A stretch of 62,719 bases of DNA, filler included, from Choristocarpus tenellus KU-1152 (lineage: Eukaryota > Protista > Phaeophyceae): NCBI GenBank assembly GCA_964200185.2. It is 11 parts of 11 records of this genome, joined end to end, with 100 filler letters (N's around TTAATTAATTAA, not from the genome) between each part and the next. Parts side by side here need not be neighbours in the genome. Positions count along the whole stretch, not along the records: positions 21,484 to 30,015 come from CAXNAD020004615.1; positions 30,116 to 35,059 come from CAXNAD020012432.1; positions 35,160 to 43,411 come from CAXNAD020004935.1; 8 more parts are not named here. The stretch is one strand, 5' to 3'. Below, piece after piece: positions 24,501-35,278 of the stretch. The position numbers were made by a program, and so were the translations under genes. Position 1 is the stretch's first letter. Each line of letters starts with the position of its first letter. A model generated the notes under the pieces. It was not told the DNA's origin and did no database searches. It worked only from the letters and a program-made list of their open reading frames with translations.

Positions 24501-27500
24501 TTCACTTTCTGCTTTGCCTGACCCTGCCTTTGTACTCCCTGATTTGCCTTGGTGCTGCTCTGTTCCTGCCAACATGTTTTTCATTGTCTACGACTGAGGG
24601 ATCTCGCCACATAATTGAAGACTCTCCAGAAGAAACCTAGAACATCTTCCCCACGCTCCACATAGTGCAAGAGAATTAACCTTGAGATAGACTGTGCTGC
24701 GGTCACTTGCAACAGTGTCCAGCAAGGCTGGAGCAATGCTAAGGTGAATGGCCAAATTAGCAATATCGGGGTTTGAACACAGCTGAGAGAGCGCTCCCAC
24801 AGCCAGGGTCTTGAGGGAGACGTAGCAGTCCTCATTCGGGAAGTTCAGTACACCCTGACGGTGAATGGATCAAGGCAAGGAGGGAGCAAGTGTGATTTAG
24901 GAAGGAGATAGAAGGAACTTGCTGCAGCAGAATGCCCTCCTTCCATCAAACATTATCTTTTCTTGTCCCTCAGGTTTACTACTATCATGCCCTCGGCACT
25001 TCTCTATTCTATTGTATCAATTGTCACAAGGTTCTCTTAGGATAGAAGCAACAAACTCACAGTCGGTGTTGCAACGTATGTGCCGGTAAGTCCATCTGGG
25101 CATCAAGGATGTGTCCTGCAATGCTTTAGTCTGCCTAGACCAATGTGATTCATCATGGTACGAGTTCTCATGCTAATTTCGGTCAAATCAAAATCTACCC
25201 CCAACGGGGTGACAAGTCATGTGAGCCTGCCAACATCCATCTACAAAATGATGAGCCAAAGTATCTTAGAGAGTAGGGTTGCGTCCATTTGGGGGGCAAA
25301 ATCCAATATTTGCGATTTTGATATAACATTGGTTTTCGTGTTTGTTAGGAAGTGTCAGTATCCTTGTTCCGGACACACCTTTTCATAACGTATACATTTT
25401 ACCTACTCCGAAAAATTTTGGAGGAGGACATGTCATAAAAAAAAAGTGCATATTTCCTTTTTCAATACTTTCTTCTTTCTAGTTGAAAGAATTTCAAACA
25501 CGCCTCGCCTTCTCTGCTGCAAGAGATCAATATGAATAAATAATAATAAAAACGCGGAAGTGTGCCCCTCTGCAAAATAATTTTTTGATGCGCAAACGGA
25601 ACCAAAAATTGTTTGAGGACAACAGACAGGATAGCGAATGGGCTCAAACATTTGCTTGACAACGGTTGGTTGAAGAGCAAAGGGTGCTAAACAAACCCAT
25701 GACAACAAGTGTTATGCGCAAGCCTTGTGTTAGACATTGATATGTGTGAAAAATGAATGCTATACAGCAACTGGCCACCAAGCATACTCCAGACAATGTA
25801 TGTTATTGAGAAAAACTACGCCAACACTATAGAGGGTAACATCTGTTATAGGTTGAATGTGAATGAACGACCTAGGTTAGCACTACTTGAGCAATGCATT
25901 GTCTGATCTGTAGAGAATTGTATGTTGCTGAAGTCAAACTGAATTCACTGCCATTCGGGCTCAAGAGGGGGTAAGAACGTTATCCAACAGACCATCAGAT
26001 CATTATAAATGTTCTAGGCTGGATTTTGCAAGGGCACAGTTTTTCTTGGAATGACAAATATTTCAGCCTTAGGAAAAAATTGTAAACTAATGGAGATCTT
26101 GGAACCGCAGGAAATTTCTAGAATAGAGGAAGCTCACACAAGCCTAGTTGAGTTGCGTATGTTCTAGATCAAGGCATGTGTTCTTGTGGGAGAAGATTCA
26201 GAATTGATTGTGCTCTCACCACGAGAACCTGTAGGCCTCCCCTCAATCCTGCTCTCACAATGTTGTCTGAGTCACAAACCAACAGCCACAGGGCTGCCAT
26301 AAATCTACCAGGAGCAAAATATGTGAAGGGCAAAGTAAATTACTTCCAGATAGGATTAAGAGGAGAGGTATGGTCGGGTGGGGGTCAGATGTGAAGCCTT
26401 GCAGAAATACATACACACCTACTTACAAACAGATACAGAATTTAGAAAATATATATATATTCCAGAAATAGTACTGGAGAAACTAACTCCAAGTGAAAGT
26501 GGAGGTCAACTCGGATTAAGTATGATCAGTAGTCATCCCCAGATTGAGCAGCAAGGGAGAGTGTGCTAAAAGCAAATAAAAACCAACAGATAGCCTGCAT
26601 GTCATATTGACATAACAAGATCATTTGCACTGAAACATCTCCTTCCCCTTGACCTTTTTTCCACTTGTGAGTCCTATGATGTCCTTTTTCGTACAACAGC
26701 TACTACAATGCTACCTCTACAGCACGGAGCCTATTCTTCCTGCACCTCTCTCCTCTGTCCATCAGGGCCAGAGACAGGTGATCTCACCCTTCCTTGACGG
26801 TCAGGAGGGCATTTGAGCGGAGGCCAGCTACCAGGCCATCTATTGCCCACAGCTTACCCAGCCGAGCTCTCATCTCTGCTTGACGGGCAAGGAGCCACCT
26901 GTCATTTTCGATTTCATTTTCCTATTGATTGAATTGAACCACTGCAAGTAAAATGAATAGGCTACATTTGATTAGAGGAGCAAAGTGTGGTACTATAGAA
27001 TGTTTTAGGTATTGGTGGTTTTGTGAAGGTAGCACCAACTTAGTTGAGGTAACCCTTACATATTGTGCAGTTCTGTCCGTTCCATAGAGTCAAAGTAGAC
27101 GAGAGGTACCCAGGTTTTGGTCGTTTTTCATTTTATGCTAGCTTTTCAATCTTTTTTTTATTCTCCCATATTTCTATTGATGAAATGTTAAGATTGACTC
27201 AAGAGGGTTGGTTTCTCTGTTGTTTGAAACTCTTTGACACAATTCAGAAAAATTCCTAACGCACTTGTAAAAAAACGTCAAATTTTGCACATTTTTGTTG
27301 GCATCCTCAAAATACAATTCTGGATGCCTCTCGCTTACTTTGAATTTTTAACACCACGCACTTGGTTAGGGAGTATAAAATTGGGAAATTTATTTCAATT
27401 GTGAACAGTATTCCCCCTGCTTGCTCCTTTTCTGTAGTCTGTATGTACCTGCTAGAGTACTGTCAACATCCCCTTTCCCGCCTCCTCATTCAAAAAGTAT

Positions 27501-29692
27501 ATTTTTCATGTCAATCACAATGTTTGCTTGGAATAAACAATCCTCTTGACCGGTCAGCTTGTGCAACCCATTCAGTAAACTGCACATTGATGTCACCACA
27601 TTTGCACTCCTTGCTCAGTTGATATACTACCAGTCCGATCATGATGTTATACATGCCGCACAACATGAATTGAGTGCAATCTGATTTCTAAAAATGCTTG
27701 AAGCATCTCGCAAGCAAAGTGATTACAGCACATAACGAGAGTCGGGATAACTCAGATCTCCTGTTATCCCCCTCGAGCACCACTCCAATACAAAAAGAGA
27801 AAACTGGTCCAAATGCCTTCCTCCTGCCACTTCATGCTCACATAGTCCAAGCTGTGTACTCGAGCACATCCCGGTTCTCATGATTCAGAGCCCAGACCAA
27901 GCACTTCAGCTGTTTTTCACTCACACGTCCCTCCATTTTCTTGGTCGAAGTCATCCCTGGTTTTGCCTTCACATCAAAACTTCCCGTTTCCCTACAACTA
28001 TTTTGACCTCCATATGCATCTTTGCATGCAGTCCCACTTTCACATGTATCCCCATAACCATCTCCACCCATGCATTCAACGCATTCCATGCTGGCTCCAC
28101 TACTCTCTCCACATTGCATAGTGTTGTCACTGTGGCTATCACATAGGATCATTATGGAAAAGGATATATTTCGGTCAAGCTCCTGGCTTCCATGGCGCTC
28201 CATAAGTGTTCGCTGCAAAACATTACGTGGAAGGAAATAGTAGGGAGGTGCTGGCTATCAAGAAAATCTCTCAGATATCGATGGGTGCATAGAATCAGGT
28301 AACGAGTGGAAGGTACTCATTTGTCTAGGAGTGGATGACTTTCTGGATGACACTCTTACTATTGAGCTATTTCTATCAGCGCATCATGAAGGTACTTGCA
28401 TGAGGCCAAAAACACGAAAAAAATAAGGAGTAGAACCTCCTGGTGTGAGCTTACACAAGGGAATGTTGAAGCATATCGGTTGTGTACTCAAAAGTGACAC
28501 AAAAAAATGTAGTGTGCGTGTTTGTTCCTGCCTGGAGCTTGTCGATTACACCAGTGTACTGGGCCTTGTGGCACACCTCGATGGAGGTGAGCATCTTGGC
28601 AATTGCTCCCGACGCATATATACGAAGCTGAATAGTTGTGAAGTGGCAAGGAGGGATAAGGGAAAAGGAAAGCAGCTTGGTGTATTGATTTGGATGTGCG
28701 ATAGGCACCAATATGACTTCACTTGTTTGCCCGGGTAATGCAGGTTGGTGGTCAAGAGCTGGTCTGTATCCAGCAATTAATTCCAAAACTAAGAACGAGT
28801 GGCATTCCAACTTGTAGGTAGTTTGCCTTTCACCCATCGCCCCCCCCATTTCCCAACCATCCCAAGTTCTGCACACCTCTTTCTTTCTGTGACGAGGGAA
28901 GCAGATTGTCACCTTAGAGGTCCAAATCTACATGCAACACATCTATATTAAAGCCTGTGTGTGTTGTGCATTGCAGTGATCCTAAATTACCTTCATGTCA
29001 CAATTCTTTCTCAGTATTTGAACCATATCTTCCATCAGACCCTCCATCTGAAGCCAATCAGTCAGGGATAAAAAACGGCAAGGGTGAAGATGAAGGTTAG
29101 TTCAATATAGAGGAGTGTAGAAAAGATGAAGAAGAAAATGAATGCAAGGATAGTGGAGAGGAGAAGACTATATCAGAATGGAATTTTTTCATAGATGTAG
29201 CCTCGCAAGTATCACCAAAGACTTTTATCTGCTGCACAGAATTGAGCATCAGATCCTTCCTCAATAGGGTGATGCGCTGAGGGTGCACATATACCAAAGA
29301 GTGATTCGAACCACCAGTTAGCAATCTATACCCTCACTTGATCTCAAGAAGAGCACACACTTCCTTTCCCACATAAAATTCGCCTCCCCTATACCATAAC
29401 TCTTTTGGCAAGGTTAAAGAAATCTGCACGTCATTACATTGGCAACTTAGGCCCCTCTACTTGTATTGGTTGTTGATATCCTCCCCTTGCAGTGCCCCCC
29501 TGCCCAACATCTATCTCTCACACCTTAGCAATGGTATCACCCAATGTGAATGTGGCTTCCCCAATGCACGCTACAGCACAGAGTGTCACCCACTGAGAAA
29601 TTACTGAGCTTTCCAACTGTGACACCTTGACCACCTCAAACATAGTCTCTAGCCACTCCAGGAGTTCTGTGACCCTATCGGGCTCACCGTTC
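21568..29692 (-). CDS. Armadillo-repeat protein, internal multi-exon portion
   Basis: A chain of small, mostly phase-compatible exons: 29692-29524, ~29276, ~29047-28991 (MEGLMEDMVQILRK), ~28627 (LRIYASGAIAKML), ->27842 (CLVWALNHENRDVLEYTAWT), 26898-26788 (MWLLARQAEMRARLGKLWAIDGLV), 26304-26220 (FMAALWLLVCDSDN…GGLQVLV), 24854-24681 (AVGALSQLCSNPD), ~24294-24221, ~23910-23847, 22281-22109 (KKALLQNGAIRGLCRLV…LHALLNLS) and 21715-21568. ARM-type A-L-W/x-N/L-L and G-A/G-I-x-x-L-V motifs recur. Confidence 0.8.
25253..25440 (-). mobile_element. MITE family A, truncated, intronic
   Basis: Starts GAGCCAAAGTATCTTAGAGAGTAG and is collinear with 31199-31385. Confidence 0.85.
27087..27346. mobile_element. 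~260-bp MITE (family F) with TIRs related to family A
   Basis: Left GAGTCAAAGTAGACGAGAGGTA; right TGCCTCTCGCTTACTTTGAATT (imperfect inverted repeat). Confidence 0.55.
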
Positions 29693-29950
29693 CTTAAGAG
29701 TCACCATGAAGTCGTTTCAGGCAGAAAAATGTATCACCAATAAACAAGAGGTGTGGAAGCAAGAGAGCTCTATGAGAGAGTTGGCAGGGAAAATGATAAG
29801 AAGGATTGAAGGGTGAAGCCACGAATTTTTTCCTCAGGGAGGTAGGAGCTTAGTGCAGGTGTTGGGGTAAAGTGCAGGACGACTGTCAATGTATCAAATT
29901 CTGGTAGAGGGTATGCACATGGAGCAACCTGCCTGTGCAAAAGGGTTTGA

Positions 29951-30015
29951 GGGAAAAAGTATCTGGGGGGGAGGTGCCGGCGTCCGTTTTTCACCCTTTT
30001 TTCGATTTTCACTTT
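29951..30015. mobile_element. MITE-like terminus (family C) at a contig end
   Basis: GGGAAAAAGTATCTGGGGGG…GGCGTCCGTTTT shares the AAAGTATCT-G-tract-GTCC(A/G)TTT layout. Confidence 0.5.
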
Positions 30016-30115
30016 NNNNNNNNNNNNNNNNNNNNNNNNNNNNNNNNNNNNNNNNNNNNTTAATTAATTAANNNNNNNNNNNNNNNNNNNNNNNNNNNNN
30101 NNNNNNNNNNNNNNN

Positions 30116-30296
30116 GCTAAAAGTAGGGGGGGGGGGGGGGGGGGTCTACACCAGGGTGTCCATTCGGGTCCTGATCAGGAGAAGTGCACTTATATTATCC
30201 ATCTCACACATGCAACCAAATCACCCAAAAATCGTGACATGGAAAAATGGGCGCTGAAAGGACATCTACCACCCCCCCCCCCAGGTACTCTGAGTA
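30116..30296 (-). mobile_element. MITE family B (G-tract termini)
   Basis: The internal sequence TCTACACCAGGGTGTCCATT…GTGCACTT.TATTATCCATC…CCAAATCACCCAAAAATCG is the reverse complement of that at 43169-43411 and 62541-62719. Confidence 0.85.
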
Positions 30297-30431
30297 ACTC
30301 GGAGAGTGTCCACTGCAGTGTACTGTAGTAGCTGGACCAATCTGCCCCCTTTGTTACCCTTTGGTACTCTGAGTAACTCGGAGAGTGTCCACTGCAGTGT
30401 ACTGTAGTAGCTGGACCAATCTGCCCCCTTT
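30284..30431. repeat. Near-perfect tandem duplication, period 79 bp, spanning a MITE end and its flank
   Basis: GGTACTCTGAGTAACTCGGAGAGTGTCCACTGCAGTGTACTGTAGTAGCTGGACCAATCTGCCCCCTTT occurs at 30284 and 30363. Confidence 0.9.
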
Positions 30432-31198
30432 TGTCTGCCTTGAATAGTATATGCTCTAAAAGCTCCCTTTTCACTCTCTTTCCTACAGACGGAAGTGAAT
30501 GTTCAACCCATTATGTATTTGAACGTGGAATCAATTACTCTTGCAAGGGGGAGCTGCTGTTTAACGAATGACATCATTCATCTAAATAGTGCAGTACAGC
30601 ACAGAGTGCTCTCGTTGCCTAGCTCATACTCTGTAAACTACGGCACTAGAGGAAGTTGCCCTTATCAACAATCCATGTGTAACTGGACTACACCACTCTG
30701 CACAATACTCCCACTAAAACCTGATAGAGCTCCTTCCATATAGCTCTACAAATCGGCACCAAAATATGGCCCCTTGGGAGGGGATGCAAAACTCCGAAAG
30801 GAGGGAAAACTTGCAAAGGGATCCAATTTCCCACTAAATTACTGGATTATATTAGGGACTCGGCAATTTGCACAAAAAAGGTATCACCACTTGAAGTGCC
30901 AGGAGAAGGTACAAGTCCTGATTTGGATGGCAATAGCCATTGACTTTCTCATCTGCACTCATTGGAAAGCGAAGCTGCTATCTGGCTGTGAGTAGACCTT
31001 TTGAAGCCAGAGAATCAACACAACTCTACATTCAAGCGCTGCACACTTCCACATACTGTTGAACTTTCCAACCTCTTAAACCACAATATGTATATATTTT
31101 ATTTTGCACCGGAGCAACAAGATCGTAAACACCCAACACCTTTAACTACAGGTTTCATTTGTATATACCCCCCAGATTGGTACAAACATTGCAGCAGA

Positions 31199-31455
31199 GA
31201 GTCAAAGTATCTTAGAGGGTAGATGCGTCCATTTGGGGGCCGAAATCCGATGTTGCGATTTTGATGTAATTTTGGCTATGGTGTTTGTTACGAAGCGTCA
31301 ATATCCATGTTCCGGACACACCTTTTTATAGCACATACATGTTACCTACTCCGAAACATTTTGGGGTTGGAAAATGTCATAAAAGAGACCATGGGAAGCC
31401 AAGCCCTAAATGGACAAACAGGGCAAAACTCGTACCCTCTAAGATACTTTCACTC
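31199..31455 (-). mobile_element. MITE family A, complete (257 bp)
   Basis: TIRs GAGTCAAAGTATCTTAGAGGGTA / TACCCTCTAAGATACTTTCACTC, flanked by AGA/AGA. Confidence 0.9.
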
Positions 31456-31687
31456 AGAGCATTGACAGCAGAGGATACTTCTACTTTCTATCTGCATATA
31501 TTCTGTGTTCTCTGGCCTATTGTTGCCTGAAGTTCAAAGCACAGGTAATGTCTGCACAACCTGAGCACTATATTTCCAGACTATGTATCTATGATGGTGC
31601 ATATGAAATACTAGGACCTTGTTCATTTAGCTCAGCCCTAATGTATCACATGTGTACTACGAAGAAGGCGTGAACAAACCCCGTCAC

Positions 31688-33139
31688 CTCGAATTTCTTC
31701 TTACACACTCCCCGAGAGCCAACAGCAACCTGTACTATGCGATAGGCAAGTGAATGGAAATATGGTGCCCCTGTCCTATTATCACCTTTGAGGTCCCTCC
31801 ATTTTGTTGCTGAACTTTACCGTGGGGTTGAACCAATCGTTCATATTGCCCCCCACAATCTGGGAGGATAGGATTTCTCCTGTTTGTAGTGTCTCCATAT
31901 CCTTAGGCAATACCTCCTTGAAAATACCCAATCCATTGTCTTCCCTGAGCTGGTTCCTGCCCATAATCGCTGGTCTCTCCGATATTGCTCCTCTGGGGTG
32001 CGTAGTTGGTGGTGACAGTCTACCTGATTGTGCTGGTGCCCCAGTTGGAAGCATATTGCGACGCATTTCCCCACGCAATGCAGCAAAACGGTTGCGTCTC
32101 AGTTGGTCACAAATATGCGCCGCCCTCCTGGCAGTAGTAACATTTACTGGTCCTGCGGCCTCTGATGCAAATACTCGTCCACTGGAGAGGAGTAAGGCTG
32201 CCTCTACTTCAACTCCTTTGGTATGATGTGCTCTAATGCGAGCCTGCAGTAAAAGCTTCAGTCGTATGTGTTCTGCTTTTTCCATTGCTATAAAACTGTG
32301 GCGGAGTGATGTTAGCAGTGAACATAGAGTTCTACAGTGGAGATATTTCGGTGAGCGAGCCTGTTGTTTTGTTACAGGGCTTTTTCGTAGAGCTTTGTGA
32401 AATGAATTATCCTTTCTATTGAAGTAAATTAAAATATGAACTAAGTAATTTCTTAGGTGTTTCTCCCAAAGTTAATCTCCACTCTACATCAAACACAACC
32501 CAACTGTGGGTTTGGAAGTGAATAGGTTTGGCGGGCGGATTGTAGAAACCATTTCTTCAACAACTTCGTGTACAGGTTATCCACACATCTTACTCGCCTG
32601 CGCATCTCTTCCTCAGCAAGATCCATCGCCCTATTTTCATACTCGAGTTCCTGTTCATCCTTAAGCCGATCCATCTCCTTGCCATAGAGAGTCCGACATA
32701 GGTCCTCTGCTGTGTCACCATCCTCATTTGGCAATGTCCAATCAGGTCTTAACGAGAGAATGGCCTTAACAGCCTCGTGCCGTTTCCACTTAACGGCAAT
32801 ATGCAGTGCAGTGTCACCGAAGTAAGTGTGCATCCACTCTGTCCACTTGTATCCCCCATAATCCTGCTCTACCTACAAAATGACGGAGAAGTAAGATGGA
32901 TGTTCCATGCCGCAGTGACGGTTCATAATGGAGTTGAGCTTATAATCTTCCCCCAACAATATGAGAAAGCTAGTGTTGCGCAGGAGGCGCATCACCTGGG
33001 TGTTAAGATCAGCGAAGGCTAGTTCGGACGGGTGCTTGAAGGCTCTAATCACAGCTTTCGCGTCATCGGCATCAATCGCCCGGATGACATCGAATCCCCA
33101 CGCCCGGGTCTTTCGTGTCCAGGGATTGTGCATACTCAA
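31688..33139 (-). CDS. Ankyrin-repeat protein; 3' end uncertain
   Basis: Exons 33139-32996, 32872-32598 (FGDTALHIAVKWKRHEAVKAILSLRPDWTLPNEDGDTAEDL, an ankyrin consensus), 32295-~31786 and a probable ~31729-31688. Confidence 0.8.
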
Positions 33140-33377
33140 AGAAGAGAGACCACGACAGAAAAGAGACAGACGTGAGATCTAGCCTCGGTCCCCCTGTATG
33201 ATTGGGGACGTTGAGAAATTGAATCGGTCATTCTTCGAACTTCATGTAGATTCATTTTCAATTTTAAAAGTAGAAAATGGTAGTTACAACATAGTCCTGA
33301 TTAATCCCTCTCCTTGTTGCAAACCCTAAGGAAATCAGGTTGGTACCAATTTCAATTTGTTTGTGCTTTTGTGAGAC

Positions 33378-35059
33378 ATGGTTGACACCACCGGAGAGGT
33401 GGGAGAAAGTAAGGAATCTGGAGAACACATGATGGATGAAGGGAATGTCGAAAATGCACAGGCGTTGGATCAGGCTCCTTCGCAGTTCCTAGGCGGTGAC
33501 ATCGTGGCTGGATCTGTGCCTGGTACAGTGGCAGGAGAGACAAAACCGCCTCTGGTCGGGAAGCGCTCGAGGGAAGAAAACGACGAGGCCGATGTGCAGG
33601 TGGATCAGACGAAGCCTGTAACATGTATTGAGCAGGACCGACCGCGAAAACACCAAAGACCAGTCTCTGGGCAGTCGACAGGGTCTTCTGAAGATCCTAT
33701 CCTGGATGAAGCCGCCTTACCAGACACAGGGAGTCCCTCCAACCAGGTCAATGCAACATCCACTGGACTGAGGTCCCCTTCGGATGTTGTGGGTTCAATC
33801 ATGAAAGATAATGAGCACACAGAGCCTGCAGAATCGCGAAAGCAAGGAGCAGAAAACGTCAGCATAACAACGCATAGTGACCCTGAGCCACCCAAGCGTC
33901 GCTCAAAGGGTCGACCAAGGAAAAATCAGTCGATTAGTACACCTTTCGGCCATGTGAGTCGTGTCGCAGTAATTCAGGGCCAGGGTTGGGAAAAATCCCA
34001 GCAAAGTAGTTCTTCGAGGGCGATCAAAACGGTCCTCGATGAACATGTGCATCTCACCGAGGGCCAGGAAATGGACTCGACTGCTGCTGAGGAACCGTGC
34101 AAAGACCGAGAGGGGGCACGTAAAAGACCCCTTGAAAAGACAGGCGAAGAAGAGAAGCAAGGCGAAGGGGCATTGCAGACGTTCTTGAATCCCCCAACGC
34201 AAGAGGGAATAGTAAGTGGGAACCACGTGAGGGAGGAGGAGACTCCAGTGGAGGCTGAAGTGACAGGATGGCTATCGCCCCTCGTCCACCTCGCGGATAC
34301 ATCAGATGACATGGCTAGCAATCCATCTAGAACAGAGAAGCGTTCATCAAACGGTTGGGATAATGGTGCGTGGAAGCCTGGGAGAAAGGAGAACCTGAGC
34401 AAGCCTGCCGAGGGAGGGTTGAGCATGGGTGAAAAACATAGAAGACAGAAGGGAGGGAGCAAAGGGAATGGGAATGTAAAGATAAACGGCAGTTCCAAGT
34501 GTTGGGGGTGGGAGTCACCGTCGCTAACTATCAATAAAAAAGGAGATGGAAGAGAGGGCATGATATCAGAGGAGCAGGAGCCTCCTGTGACCGGTGGTGA
34601 CGAGGGCACAAGTTCCCGTGTTCTCAGCAGTGATCAGTTGGGGACGGAATTGTGCTCATCTGGAGTAAGCGGTGGCGTGGAGGAAGGAGACAATATGGGG
34701 GCTGGTGAGGGCGGGCAATCAAAGCTTGGAAAGGGGAAGGGCAAGGGGAAAGGGAAGGTGTCGAGGCTTCTCCTACTAGAGCGTTCTTCTGCTTCAGCCA
34801 AGACAAGTTCAGGTAGGATGGCGGAAGCTGACAGTAGTGCAGATGAAGTAAGCGATGGTGGTGGGTTTGAGGAGGAGGAGGACAAGAAGGGGGACTCGGA
34901 GTGGGAGGGGTCGGGTGAAAGCAATGAGAAGGACCATGAGTCCGAGGAGAATCGGGACGAGGATAGTAATGAGGCCTCAGGCAAGCGGACGATGAAGAAG
35001 ACAAAGACCAAGGGAGGGGGGGGGGGGAGGGAAAGGGAAAGGTTAGTAAAGGCAAGGGG
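33378..35059 (+). CDS. Large disordered, charged N-terminal exon with an AT-hook-like motif; unidentified, probably nuclear protein (truncated)
   Basis: 560 open codons from the ATG at 33378 to the linker. Contains KRRSKGRPRK plus acidic and Lys/Gly tracts. Confidence 0.75.
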
Positions 35060-35278
35060 NNNNNNNNNNNNNNNNNNNNNNNNNNNNNNNNNNNNNNNNN
35101 NNNTTAATTAATTAANNNNNNNNNNNNNNNNNNNNNNNNNNNNNNNNNNNNNNNNNNNNGAAAGCATCGGCCAATCAGTAGACATTTTTTTCTTTCCCTC
35201 CCCCCCCCCCTCCCTCAAGATAAAATTCAACAATTGACCTCTCCCTCTGTTTCCTAAGTTTTGTTTTTGTTTTTCAAG

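Noticed and set aside
28525-29205. Additional GC donors in the ARM gene
   Set aside because: In-phase canonical GT alternatives exist nearby.
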